A stretch of DNA of 18,188 nt, taken from IMG/VR virus record IMGVR_UViG_2671181094_000006. One strand, given 5' to 3'. The translations under genes and the position numbers were made by a program. This stretch comes from a virus. Taxonomy: Duplodnaviria; Heunggongvirae; Uroviricota; Caudoviricetes. Shown piece by piece: positions 1-7,363 of the stretch. The number at the start of each line of letters is the position of its first letter. Positions within the stretch are counted from its first letter, which is position 1. Below the pieces are notes generated by a model that was not told where the DNA came from, made no database searches, and worked only from the letters and a program-made list of their open reading frames with translations.

Positions 1-537
1 TTACTCGTCCAGCAGAATCACTTTGCCGATATACGGCAGATGACGGTAACGCTGTGCGTAATCAATGCCGTAACCCACCACAAACTCATCCGGGATCGAG
101 AAACCGATAAATTCTACCGGGACGTTCACTTCACGACGGGACGGTTTATCCAGCAGCGTACAAATCGCCAGCGACTTCGGTTCGCGCAGGCTTAAGATCT
201 CACGCACTTTCGACAGTGTATTCCCCGAGTCGATGATATCTTCAACAATCAGCACGTCCTTGCCACGGATATCTTCATCCAGATCTTTGAGGATTTTCAC
301 ATCACGGGTGGTGGACATGCCGCTACCGTAGCTGGAGGCGGTCATAAAGTCGACTTCATGAGATACCTGAACTTCACGGCACAGGTCCGCCATAAACATA
401 AATGAGCCACGCAGCAGACCAACCAGCACCATATCGCTGCCGCTGTCTTTGTAACGCTCAGTAATCTGACGACCCAGTTCGGCGATACGCGCTTTAATCT
501 CCGCTTCGGGGATCATTACTTCTACAATATGTTTCAT
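1..537 (-). CDS. hpt: hypoxanthine phosphoribosyltransferase
   Basis: 178-aa ORF with ATG at 537 and TAA at 3-1. The product ([24 protein letters not shown]...[14 protein letters not shown]...) carries the PRPP-binding motif of type I phosphoribosyltransferases and matches enterobacterial Hpt as I recall it. An in-frame GTG at about 552 could be an alternative start. Confidence 0.9.
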   Translation of the reverse strand: MKHIVEVMIPEAEIKARIAELGRQITERYKDSGSDMVLVGLLRGSFMFMADLCREVQVSHEVDFMTASSYGSGMSTTRDVKILKDLDEDIRGKDVLIVEDIIDSGNTLSKVREILSLREPKSLAICTLLDKPSRREVNVPVEFIGFSIPDEFVVGYGIDYAQRYRHLPYIGKVILLDE

Positions 538-717
538 AATCTATATATCTCACTGATTTTAATCAGTTAAATTCAATCTCACACTATGCAATTCAGTAAA
601 TATTGATACACCGATTGATATACGGATTATCGCACAGAGCCGAAATCACGCATAAGCATGAGCACATTCCAAAGAGCTGGGGATTATAGCAAGGAAATAT
701 TGTAGGGGTAATGAATA

Positions 718-745
718 CCATGCCTGCTTACGATTGCAGGCATGG
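718..745 (-). terminator. perfect 10-bp inverted repeat hairpin (CCATGCCTGC-N8-GCAGGCATGG), possible terminator of the 755-1294 gene or an island-boundary palindrome
   Basis: Read directly from the sequence. It lies 9 nt downstream of the TAA of the 755-1294 gene on the minus strand; the trailing U-tract is only moderate (UAUUCAUU). Confidence 0.35.
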
Positions 746-754
746 TGCAGACAT

Positions 755-1294
755 TTAATCCATGAGGCTGTTCAGTGCTTGCTCAACACTTTCATACTTC
801 TGCGTAGTTGGTTTACCTGTTGCGTTTTTAACCATTGAGAACAAAACCACCTCGCCGCTTAGGTCTGAAACACCAGTTGACTCTAAATACGGCAATAATT
901 CTTTCTCATAGAACTCAATTTCTTTTAGTAGCATTTCATCAGGCCTACCAGCCCAAGAATTACGCTCCGGGGACTTTCCACGTTTTATAGAGTAATTAAG
1001 CGAAAATTCTTTATTTTCATATTTGAACTCAACTGCACCATCACAACCAAAGAAGCTTCCTGTGAGTTTTGAGAAATCAATGAGAGTATCAAGGCCGCCG
1101 TTATAAGTGGCTTTCAACTTAGGAGTCTGGCCTGTAATTGTAAATCCTTTAGATTTAAAAAATTCCAAAACATCTTTCTGAATAGCGGTAGCAGCATCAT
1201 TTATTTGTTTATTCAACAACTCGCGCCGAGGAGCGCTGAATTCTTCAATTTTTGCTTTAAGATCTTGTAGTTTCATTTTGTTAGCTAATGACAT
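755..1294 (-). CDS. hypothetical protein, AT-rich orphan cargo gene (179 aa from ATG 1294; the ORF track extends to 1369)
   Basis: Preferred start MSLANKMKLQDLKAKIEEF is preceded by AAGGAA at about 7 nt spacing. Codon usage is visibly AT-rich compared with hpt and the island backbone. No motif recognised. Confidence 0.6.
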   Translation of the reverse strand: MSLANKMKLQDLKAKIEEFSAPRRELLNKQINDAATAIQKDVLEFFKSKGFTITGQTPKLKATYNGGLDTLIDFSKLTGSFFGCDGAVEFKYENKEFSLNYSIKRGKSPERNSWAGRPDEMLLKEIEFYEKELLPYLESTGVSDLSGEVVLFSMVKNATGKPTTQKYESVEQALNSLMD

Positions 1295-1502
1295 ATAAAT
1301 TCCTTGTATATCCAGAGTAATAGCTGTGCATAGTCTATGCGATTTCATCCTACTGCTATAAAACATCAAATTCCATAAACATAACCATCAATTAGTTATA
1401 AATGCCTCGATGTTGAATGCGTCCCCCATACTCAACCGGGAATGGGCTGAGCACATTTATCATGACTGTGACCACCAGCCATGACGGCGGATTGTCATGA
1501 AT

Positions 1503-1547
1503 TACTAATGTATGATAGCACTGTCATACAATAAGGAATCTCCCACT
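1503..1547 (+). promoter_or_regulatory. conserved promoter/operator of paralog A (TATGAT -10-like element inside the inverted repeat TGTATGA-N8-TCATACA, then AAGGAA RBS)
   Basis: About 45 bp upstream of the start is conserved with the equivalent region at 5885-5929 (tgtatgatag..ct.tc..acaataaggaa). Confidence 0.45.
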
Positions 1548-1907
1548 ATGAGACTAACCAGCCGCAAAAAGACGATACTCAGCTACTTCGAACCGGATAA
1601 CCGCGACTGGGTGACGGGTGAGATCGGCGCACCTCCCCTTGATGTATCCGGCGTGGCGTACCTGCTGTATGGGACAGGCCTCGAAGACAACCGGCACTGG
1701 CTCGAATCCACCAGACGAACGCTGGAAGCAATGGTGAAAGATGGGTTGCTGGAGAGGTACCGGAGCAGGGAGGCGCGGAGTATCGTTATGGGCGGCGAGA
1801 CGACCGCTACCGTTGTCCGTTACGGCCTGCCGGGTACCGTTTCAGTGGTACGCGATACGGGAGGTGCAGACGGCACGATAGAAGGCGAATATGTGCGGGT
1901 CGTTTAA
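1548..1907 (+). CDS. conserved hypothetical protein, paralog A1 (119 aa), possible winged-helix-like regulator
   Basis: MRLTSRKKTILSYFEPDNRDWVTGEIGAPPLDVSGVAYLLYG... aligns along its whole length with the 5930-6289 product (MRMTSRKKEILSYFEPDNRDWVTGEIGAPPFDVSGVAYLLHG...). Start and upstream region are conserved between the two copies. Confidence 0.7.
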   Translation: MRLTSRKKTILSYFEPDNRDWVTGEIGAPPLDVSGVAYLLYGTGLEDNRHWLESTRRTLEAMVKDGLLERYRSREARSIVMGGETTATVVRYGLPGTVSVVRDTGGADGTIEGEYVRVV

Positions 1908-2095
1908 CGACGTGGATTATCTGGCCTCTTCCACTGGTAGGCTGGTGCCGTCATCCTCCGGCGGTGCCGTTCTTTAGCAGCGAGCGTTCCCGCAACCCTG
2001 CAACGTAACTCCAGCATATCGGTGGCATTCAGCTCATTCCCCTGCAGGCGGGCCAGCTCTTCAATTACCGCCTCGATTTTCTTCTGTTTTAACAC
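1904..2095 (-). CDS. small hypothetical protein A2 (63 aa, GTG start) with C-terminal APAYQWKRP...RR motif
   Basis: Convergent with A1, with the stops overlapping by 4 nt. The C-terminal motif is shared with the 6945-7130 product (RAPAYQWKKPAPRR). AGGAA lies 8 nt upstream of the GTG. Confidence 0.5.
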   Translation of the reverse strand: MLKQKKIEAVIEELARLQGNELNATDMLELRCRVAGTLAAKERHRRRMTAPAYQWKRPDNPRR

Positions 2096-2201
2096 GCTAT
2101 ATCTTCCTGCTCTATAGGCTCACCGGCTACGCCCTGAGCATCGTTATAAAAAGCCAGCCCCGGAGGGCTGGAATAACAGGAGCCCGCTGGCACACTTTGC
2201 T

Positions 2202-2789
2202 TTAATCGGTATCGTCGGCCAGGGCATACAGCAACGAAGGGATCACTCTCCGCATGGCTGTTTCTTCGGTTTCATCGCTCATGAGAGTCAGGGTGTAATC
2301 CCGGCACTCGTAAATCACATCATATGCAGACAGGCCGAACGCGCCGCCCGCAATGATCTGCCCAATTTCAACATCTGGCGTTTCAACAATCGACAGCCGG
2401 TAGCCGCCGAACGTCACAGGAGGGTTATAAGGCCCTTCGCTTACAAACAGCTCTACGGCCTTTGCAGCAACCTGGGCTCGTTCGTCCGGGTCCACCCCGG
2501 ACACCTTACCGGCACCTGACACCATGATGCGCTTAATCTCCGCAACACTCATTTCCACCAGCGTATACCCCTGCACCTCACCAGCTGGAGCAGGCTTGGT
2601 TTTACCCCTGGCATTCTTCGTACGCGGGTCACTGGCGCTGCGGTATCGTGCCAGATAAGTATCACAGGCCTCCTGGTCAATCTTCCCGTCAACCCGCGCC
2701 GGAAATCCTTCATGACTCTCCCAGTTATACAGTGCCTGCCGGCTCATTCCGGCATGTTTTGCGTACTGGCTGACGCTCATTAGTGACAT
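2202..2789 (-). CDS. HTH DNA-binding protein, phage Nu1-like (small-terminase-like N-terminus) / packaging-associated candidate
   Basis: N-terminus VSQYAKHAGMSRQALYNWESHEGFP resembles the lambda gpNu1 winged-HTH pattern (KKQLADIFGASIRTIQNWQEQGMP). AGGAG lies 7 nt upstream of ATG 2789. The gene sits beside a dense TGTCAA repeat array. Confidence 0.6.
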   Translation of the reverse strand: MSLMSVSQYAKHAGMSRQALYNWESHEGFPARVDGKIDQEACDTYLARYRSASDPRTKNARGKTKPAPAGEVQGYTLVEMSVAEIKRIMVSGAGKVSGVDPDERAQVAAKAVELFVSEGPYNPPVTFGGYRLSIVETPDVEIGQIIAGGAFGLSAYDVIYECRDYTLTLMSDETEETAMRRVIPSLLYALADDTD

Positions 2790-2825
2790 AATTTTTCTCC
2801 TGCCTCATTGTCACCGGCTGGCCAG

Positions 2826-3040
2826 TGTGTCAACCCGCCGGCGGGAAACTGTCAATCAAACGTCAAGGGATCAACCGCTTGACACTTTTTTCTGTCAACT
2901 TGACACTTTTCGGGCTGAAAGTGTCAATCAAACTGTCAATCAAAACTTTCACGAATTCCCCTGCATCACGCGCCGCCTCTGGACCTTAACAACCTGACAA
3001 CAAAAAAGTGTCAAGTGTAAAGTGTCAATCAAATTGAAAA
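2826..3040. repeat. array of TGTCAA / TTGACA motifs (four copies of TGTCAATCAAA, several GTGTCAA/TTGACAC, palindrome TGTCAAnTTGACA, 12-bp palindrome CCCGCCGGCGGG); candidate protein-binding (cosB-like or operator) region
   Basis: Read directly from the sequence in the 350-bp non-coding gap between the tfa stop (3138) and the Nu1-like gene start (2789). Confidence 0.6.
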
Positions 3041-3137
3041 CCTGCAGCTACAAAAACACTGCGGCGCGCAATGCCCGTGCCTTACAAAAGTCTCAGGAAG
3101 GACCCATTTTTTCTGAGGGCCATTCCATAGTTATCAC

Positions 3138-3563
3138 TTAATGAACTTCCGGCATCACAGGCCATTCAATATCTGGGGCATCATCAGGGTTAACACGACT
3201 GAGCAGAACGGAGTATTTTTCCCAGTGTTCCAGTCGCGTTTTTTCATCCAAGGTAGCCATTCCGTATTTCACAGCACGCGCTAAAGGGACGATAACGTCC
3301 TCAGCCTTTGTACGTTGCCGCTCTTTTTCAGCCCCAGCCAGCCTGGATAACTGTGCTTTGGTCTGTGGAGGTACATCGACCCACGAGGGCAAGCCATCAG
3401 CCCCTACCCCCCTTTGCTTACCTTCTGGTGGAACCCTGGTGAACTCGTGAAAAACGTTATCACTGACTGCTATAAGGTCCGCTGGTAGAGAATTGTTGTC
3501 CCGATAAGCTGGTAATAATTCATCAGGGTAAAAACACGCCGTTGACGCACTAAAATGATACAT
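3138..3563 (-). CDS. tail fibre assembly protein (Tfa-like chaperone)
   Basis: Start MYHFSASTACFYPDE and C-terminus HWEKYSVLLSRVNPDDAPDIEWPVMPEV match the conserved ends of phage Tfa chaperones (...W.KYR.LL.RVD...APDIEWP..P). Its ATG at 3563 follows the upstream TAG at 3566-3568 closely. Confidence 0.7.
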   Translation of the reverse strand: MYHFSASTACFYPDELLPAYRDNNSLPADLIAVSDNVFHEFTRVPPEGKQRGVGADGLPSWVDVPPQTKAQLSRLAGAEKERQRTKAEDVIVPLARAVKYGMATLDEKTRLEHWEKYSVLLSRVNPDDAPDIEWPVMPEVH

Positions 3564-3565
3564 GA

Positions 3566-4099
3566 CTATTCCCCTATAGCTAACCATCCAAAATTATCTG
3601 CATTACCCGAACTGCCGCTGATCCAGCCATATGCACGGAAACCGGAATTGGAATCATTGGTTACGGACACGTAACGATTTCCATCTGCGTACTTCGTAGC
3701 AACAATAGCAATAGCCCGCTTAGGAAAAGGTATCGGATACTGAACATTACCTGATGGTGAATTAATAGTGGCAGTTCCCATTTGAACAATAATATTTTTC
3801 TTTTCACCTGATGGTGTTCGGGTAGGAATAATACAGTAACCCTGTGAAGTAAGGGCACCTACGATGGGTTCAGATAGAAGGGCGGTGATCCTCAACTCAT
3901 CAATAACTTCGTTTAACTGACCATCATTTTCAGGCTCAAGCTGGCGGCCAGAACCCTCTACCACGCCCACCATCTCACGCTGCCAGGTATTAAAAATATC
4001 GGCAACAAGAATTGTTGGTGATACCCCATTAGCAACATTACCTTGTGTAAATTCCCCATTACTATCAGCAGTATCAGTGACTGAACTTATCTTACGCAT
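3566..4099 (-). CDS. tail-fibre-tip-like protein (177 aa), too short for a full fibre
   Basis: Directly upstream of and coupled to tfa, which is the usual fibre-chaperone arrangement. The C-terminal half is Gly/Ser/Asn-rich and looks beta-rich (...GWISGSSGNADNFGWLAIGE). The call is mainly positional. Confidence 0.45.
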   Translation of the reverse strand: MRKISSVTDTADSNGEFTQGNVANGVSPTILVADIFNTWQREMVGVVEGSGRQLEPENDGQLNEVIDELRITALLSEPIVGALTSQGYCIIPTRTPSGEKKNIIVQMGTATINSPSGNVQYPIPFPKRAIAIVATKYADGNRYVSVTNDSNSGFRAYGWISGSSGNADNFGWLAIGE

Positions 4100-4127
4100 T
4101 ATGCATATCCTTTAATTGATATCTTCG

Positions 4128-4586
4128 CTATATAGAAAGCGTATCTGCCATACTCACCGGCTCGATATACTTCTCAAGCGCTAACAGAGCGGCGTTAAAA
4201 CCAGCACGATAGCCGTTTGTGTCACCGTTAATCATGCTGTGTTGAAATGCCGCCATGTTCTGGTCTTCGGCATCAAGGAACTCCCAGCCAGGATAAACTT
4301 TCTCCATAGCCCGCCGGGTAAAACGACTGAGCTGGCGAGCGCTGCCTTTTAGTCTGGCAATAGCCTTCTGATGTGGGATCCCTTCCGCGATAAGATGAAA
4401 TGCCTGTATCGGATTTTGTTTTGCCGCTTTGCTCACCGCTATCAGATGCGCATCAGAATGGGGGCATTCAGGGAGTTCCTCTTCTTCAAGCGATTGCTGA
4501 AGCTGGTGCATACGCTGCATACGGCGCCCGGAAAAGCCATATGCATGCGCATCAGGTTGCTGCTTGTTGAGGTGCTGAAAGTTCAT
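4128..4586 (-). CDS. hypothetical protein, paralog of the 4607-5290 product (start taken at MNFQHLNK)
   Basis: Shares N-terminus (MxFxHL) and the central block WEF.D.E...NGY.A...AL.AL.K..EP with the upstream gene. GGAG lies about 9 nt upstream of ATG 4586. Confidence 0.6.
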   Translation of the reverse strand: MNFQHLNKQQPDAHAYGFSGRRMQRMHQLQQSLEEEELPECPHSDAHLIAVSKAAKQNPIQAFHLIAEGIPHQKAIARLKGSARQLSRFTRRAMEKVYPGWEFLDAEDQNMAAFQHSMINGDTNGYRAGFNAALLALEKYIEPVSMADTLSI

Positions 4587-4606
4587 AACGCTCATCTCCG
4601 CAGCTC

Positions 4607-5290
4607 TCAGAGAGGAACCTGCGATTTTAGGAGTTCGGCTTCTCGTGCCGGCCCTTCAATCTTGCCATTCACCCGACGGGTATCCCCCGGCAGGCTCACA
4701 CCAGATGCCCGGATACGATCGTTACGGCGTGCAGCAGCCTGCGCGACCTCTTCCCGGTACTCTTCGTCAGCCTTACGGCGAGCATTCACATTCTGAGGTG
4801 ACATAGGGTCATAGTCGTTTTGCATCTTAGATGCCTTGCTGGCTAATGCCTTAATCTCGTCTTCTGTCAGAGGCTCTTCCATCTTCTTCAGCGCCTTCAG
4901 AGCGCTACTCTGGGCAGCAGAGTAACCATTTGCATCACGGTTCTGCGTTGAAAACGTTAGCGCCGAGCGAGCTTTCTCTTCGTCATCCTGAAATTCCCAG
5001 GTCGGGTCATTCTCTTCCATAAACTTTTGGGTAAACACAGAAAGCGCCATCGGCGACGATGCCAGTTGCAGCTTTATTTTCTTCGAAGAAAGTTCCGTTT
5101 CCTTCAGCAAACGAACCGCCAGAACCGGGTTATTTTTTGCCTCCGGGGAAACCGCGACATTGTGGCCGCGACTGTGCTGCTTAGGTCTGGCGATCCGGGC
5201 GTCGTCACTGTCCAGTTTCAGTGGCACATTCCCGTTATCAGACTCGCCTTTCGTTTTGGTTTTGCCTGACAGATGCGAGAAATCAAACAT
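4607..5290 (-). CDS. hypothetical protein, longer paralog with Lys/Glu-rich C-terminal extension (start taken at MFDFSHLSGK; the ORF track extends to 5383)
   Basis: Paralogy with 4128-4586 supports the internal start at 5290 (GAGGAA upstream). The alternative start at 5383 also has a GAGGAAA RBS. Confidence 0.55.
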   Translation of the reverse strand: MFDFSHLSGKTKTKGESDNGNVPLKLDSDDARIARPKQHSRGHNVAVSPEAKNNPVLAVRLLKETELSSKKIKLQLASSPMALSVFTQKFMEENDPTWEFQDDEEKARSALTFSTQNRDANGYSAAQSSALKALKKMEEPLTEDEIKALASKASKMQNDYDPMSPQNVNARRKADEEYREEVAQAAARRNDRIRASGVSLPGDTRRVNGKIEGPAREAELLKSQVPL

Positions 5291-5327
5291 GGATGGGTTT
5301 TCCTCAGATAGTTGGGGCTGTTTTTTC

Positions 5328-5528
5328 TTATCTTTCGTACCGAACGCTCTTAGCGCCCATGCGGGTAACGTCATTAACGGCATGGCATGCTTTCCTCTGG
5401 TTGGCGATTATCCGGCGGAGCCACATGAGTTTTTTCTTCTGCTTTCTGAACAGGCGCTCTCTCTTCGCCGCGGCAAACCATTCCGGTAACACCCAGCTTG
5501 TTTTGCTCCTGCACTCCTGGCACGGCAT
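5328..5528 (-). CDS. small basic hypothetical protein (66 aa)
   Basis: Its ATG overlaps the stop of the upstream 58-aa gene as TAATG, suggesting translational coupling. No motif recognised. Confidence 0.35.
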   Translation of the reverse strand: MPCQECRSKTSWVLPEWFAAAKRERLFRKQKKKLMWLRRIIANQRKACHAVNDVTRMGAKSVRYER

Positions 5529-5704
5529 TACTTTTTATTTGTTTCATGTCTACTAATCCCCTGACGTAAAAGGTGACGCGCCAGCTCCTGAATACTCGGG
5601 GCTGCGCCTACGGTAGAACGTCGGCATTCATCCTCACGGAGGCGCTGTAAACCTTCGAGAATCGGCTGATCAACAAGAATCGGCTTTTTGTTAGTGACTG
5701 CCAT
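5528..5704 (-). CDS. small putative DNA-binding protein (58 aa, ribbon-helix-helix/Arc-like pattern); not in the ORF track because it is under 60 aa
   Basis: Translated by hand: MAVTNKKPILVDQPILEGLQRLREDECRRSTVGAAPSIQELARHLLRQGISRHETNKK. A strong AGGAGG RBS lies 7 nt upstream of ATG 5704. It is the first gene of the leftward operon, divergent from 5930-6289. Confidence 0.45.
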   Translation of the reverse strand: MAVTNKKPILVDQPILEGLQRLREDECRRSTVGAAPSIQELARHLLRQGISRHETNKK

Positions 5705-5884
5705 TTCCTGACCTCCTGATACTGGTTAAACGTACATACTTCTTCTGTATGGGGTTAACTTATGATCAATAAAATAAATCGTCAAGATAAAATATTTTAA
5801 TTAAAAGGGTTGCGGACTACATGAGGGGGTACTGATTGCGTTACAAAATGGAGGGGAAAGTTAAGTAGCCATTCCTCACCGCTT

Positions 5885-5929
5885 CTTATTGTATGATAGT
5901 GCTATCCCACAATAAGGAACCTGCCAGCC
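5885..5929 (+). promoter_or_regulatory. conserved promoter/operator of paralog B (TATGAT -10-like element, inverted repeat GATAG-N2-CTATC, AAGGAA RBS)
   Basis: Conserved with 1503-1547. Confidence 0.45.
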
Positions 5930-6289
5930 ATGAGAATGACCAGCCGCAAAAAAGAGATACTCAGCTACTTTGAACCGGATAACCGCGATTGGGTAACAGG
6001 TGAGATTGGTGCGCCGCCGTTCGATGTGTCGGGTGTGGCCTACCTGCTTCATGGCATGGGATCATTCGGTAAACGCCACCAGCTCGAATCAACCCGGCGT
6101 ACGCTCGAAAGCATGGTTGCCGGTGGACTGCTTGAGCGAATGACAGTGTATGAATCCCGTCAGGTACGGCGCGGCGGTGAAACCAGCGCAACAGTCGTGC
6201 GCTACGGTTTACCGGGACAGTGTGCCGTTGTGCGAGATAGTGGCGGCGCTGATAACGCAATACCAGGTGAATACATGCGGGTCAGTTAA
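5930..6289 (+). CDS. conserved hypothetical protein, paralog B1 (119 aa)
   Basis: Full-length similarity to the 1548-1907 product; about 80% nucleotide identity over the first 130 nt by eye. Confidence 0.7.
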   Translation: MRMTSRKKEILSYFEPDNRDWVTGEIGAPPFDVSGVAYLLHGMGSFGKRHQLESTRRTLESMVAGGLLERMTVYESRQVRRGGETSATVVRYGLPGQCAVVRDSGGADNAIPGEYMRVS

Positions 6290-6824
6290 GAGCCTGCAAT
6301 CTGTCGTTGATGCGGCTCAGGTCGTAAACCCGGCGTTCAATATCCAGCATCAGGAAATTGTGGATCTCGGCCTGCTCAGGATTATCAGACTCTCTGGCCT
6401 GTAATAGCAATTCATTGTATCCATGCAAGCCGCCTGAGTTTTCCGCCGGGGTGGTGCCTTTCCCACGCAGGCAGCTAATGGGCTGATTACTCGTATCGTG
6501 TGTTTGCTTCTCCAGCACAATGACGCAATCCCACCAGTCGCCAAAGTCATACGTGTAAACCAGCTTGTCACCCTCATTCTGGAGCGCTGCCCATAGTGGT
6601 GTGATTGCCGCGTTACCCATGCTTTCACCCTCACCCCATACGCGATACTCGCTACCTAGATCACCTTTACGGCCTTTCTCGAACATATACAGATGTTCGT
6701 CATTCCAGCCAAAAGCCAACTGGATCACCGCGTGAAGTTCACTAAAGGGGATTTGCTCTGGAACCAGCACACGCCGCCATATTGGTGGTTTGCTGTCTCG
6801 GATGGTTATCTTTAGCTGGTACAT
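6282..6824 (-). CDS. pRiA4b ORF-3-like family protein (start taken at MYQLKITIRDSKPPIWRR)
   Basis: The N-terminal signature YQLKITIRDSKPPIWRRVLVP...LHAVIQLAFGWNDEHLYMF matches my recollection of the PRiA4b ORF-3-like domain. AGGA-containing RBS upstream of ATG 6824. Stop overlaps the B1 stop by 8 nt. Confidence 0.6.
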   Translation of the reverse strand: MYQLKITIRDSKPPIWRRVLVPEQIPFSELHAVIQLAFGWNDEHLYMFEKGRKGDLGSEYRVWGEGESMGNAAITPLWAALQNEGDKLVYTYDFGDWWDCVIVLEKQTHDTSNQPISCLRGKGTTPAENSGGLHGYNELLLQARESDNPEQAEIHNFLMLDIERRVYDLSRINDRLQALN

Positions 6825-6944
6825 GCAAATCCTGAATAAATGCGAATCGGAAGGATAACGATACTGACGCACTCACAATTCTGTAAAGGTGAATAAAGGT
6901 AATTTGCTTAATACGCATAAGTTACATGTGGAATAATCCCATAT

Positions 6945-7130
6945 CTACCTGCGCGGCGCTGGCTTCTTCCACTGGTAGGCAGGCGCTCGCATCATCTCCC
7001 CGAACCGTTTACGCCGGACTGTATCAGCTTCAATAATACGTTCCATCTCCCGAACCTCTACCGGGGTAAGCTGGTGGCCTTCATGCTCCATTTTGGCAGC
7101 GGTCAATAAAGCTATTTCGCGTGGTGTCAT
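6945..7130 (-). CDS. small hypothetical protein B2 (61 aa) with C-terminal RAPAYQWKKPAPRR motif
   Basis: Paralog of the 1904-2095 product by its C-terminal motif. ATG at 7130. Confidence 0.55.
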   Translation of the reverse strand: MTPREIALLTAAKMEHEGHQLTPVEVREMERIIEADTVRRKRFGEMMRAPAYQWKKPAPRR

Positions 7131-7266
7131 ACGCCATACCCTTTGGAAGGATGAAACACGCCCGGATTAAATTTTATTTTTCGCGGGTATAAACATTCGA
7201 TGAGGCGGGCAGTGCTTAAGGCTCAGGATTGCAGAGATTTGGCCTCCCCCTCCCGGTGATAGTTTA

Positions 7267-7363
7267 TTGCTTGATGTGGACGGCTTGCTATATTGGCGGA
7301 GAATGCAAATTGTCGCAGAAGTCTATCCCGCTCCCTGACGCCCCGTGCGGGCGTTTTGCTTTT
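7267..7363 (+). ncRNA. candidate small RNA (about 60 nt): sigma70-like promoter plus intrinsic terminator on the plus strand in a minus-strand gene context
   Basis: -35 TTGCTT (7267-7272), 16-nt spacer, -10 TATATT (7289-7294). GC-rich hairpin ACGCCC-CGTGC-GGGCGT (7338-7354) is followed by TTTTGCTTTT. No ORF of substance. Confidence 0.25.

Noticed and set aside
538-754. Possible attachment-site core or tRNA fragment at the hpt-proximal boundary
   Set aside because: No tRNA-like sequence is present and the matching repeat at the other island end lies outside the window, so att cannot be called; only the 718-745 hairpin is reported.
1786-1806. GGGCGGCGA motif resembling the start of the lambda cosN cohesive end
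   Set aside because: It lies inside the coding sequence of the 1548-1907 gene and diverges from the lambda sequence after 9 nt. Likely coincidental.
3661-3858. 65-aa ORF overlapping the fibre-tip-like gene in another frame
   Set aside because: Entirely nested in a better-supported gene; hydrophobic low-complexity translation; no RBS.
4371-5556. Plus-strand ORFs (4371-4796, 5027-5269, 5160-5489, 5221-5556) antisense to the paralog genes
   Set aside because: They overlap minus-strand genes with RBSs and paralog support; their translations are Arg/Leu/Ser-rich, typical of antisense frames.
7196-7220. GAGGCGGGCAGTGC, vaguely similar to my recollection of the P2/P4 cos cohesive end
   Set aside because: My memory of the P2 cos sequence is not reliable and the match is partial. 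It cannot be supported without aligning to a reference.
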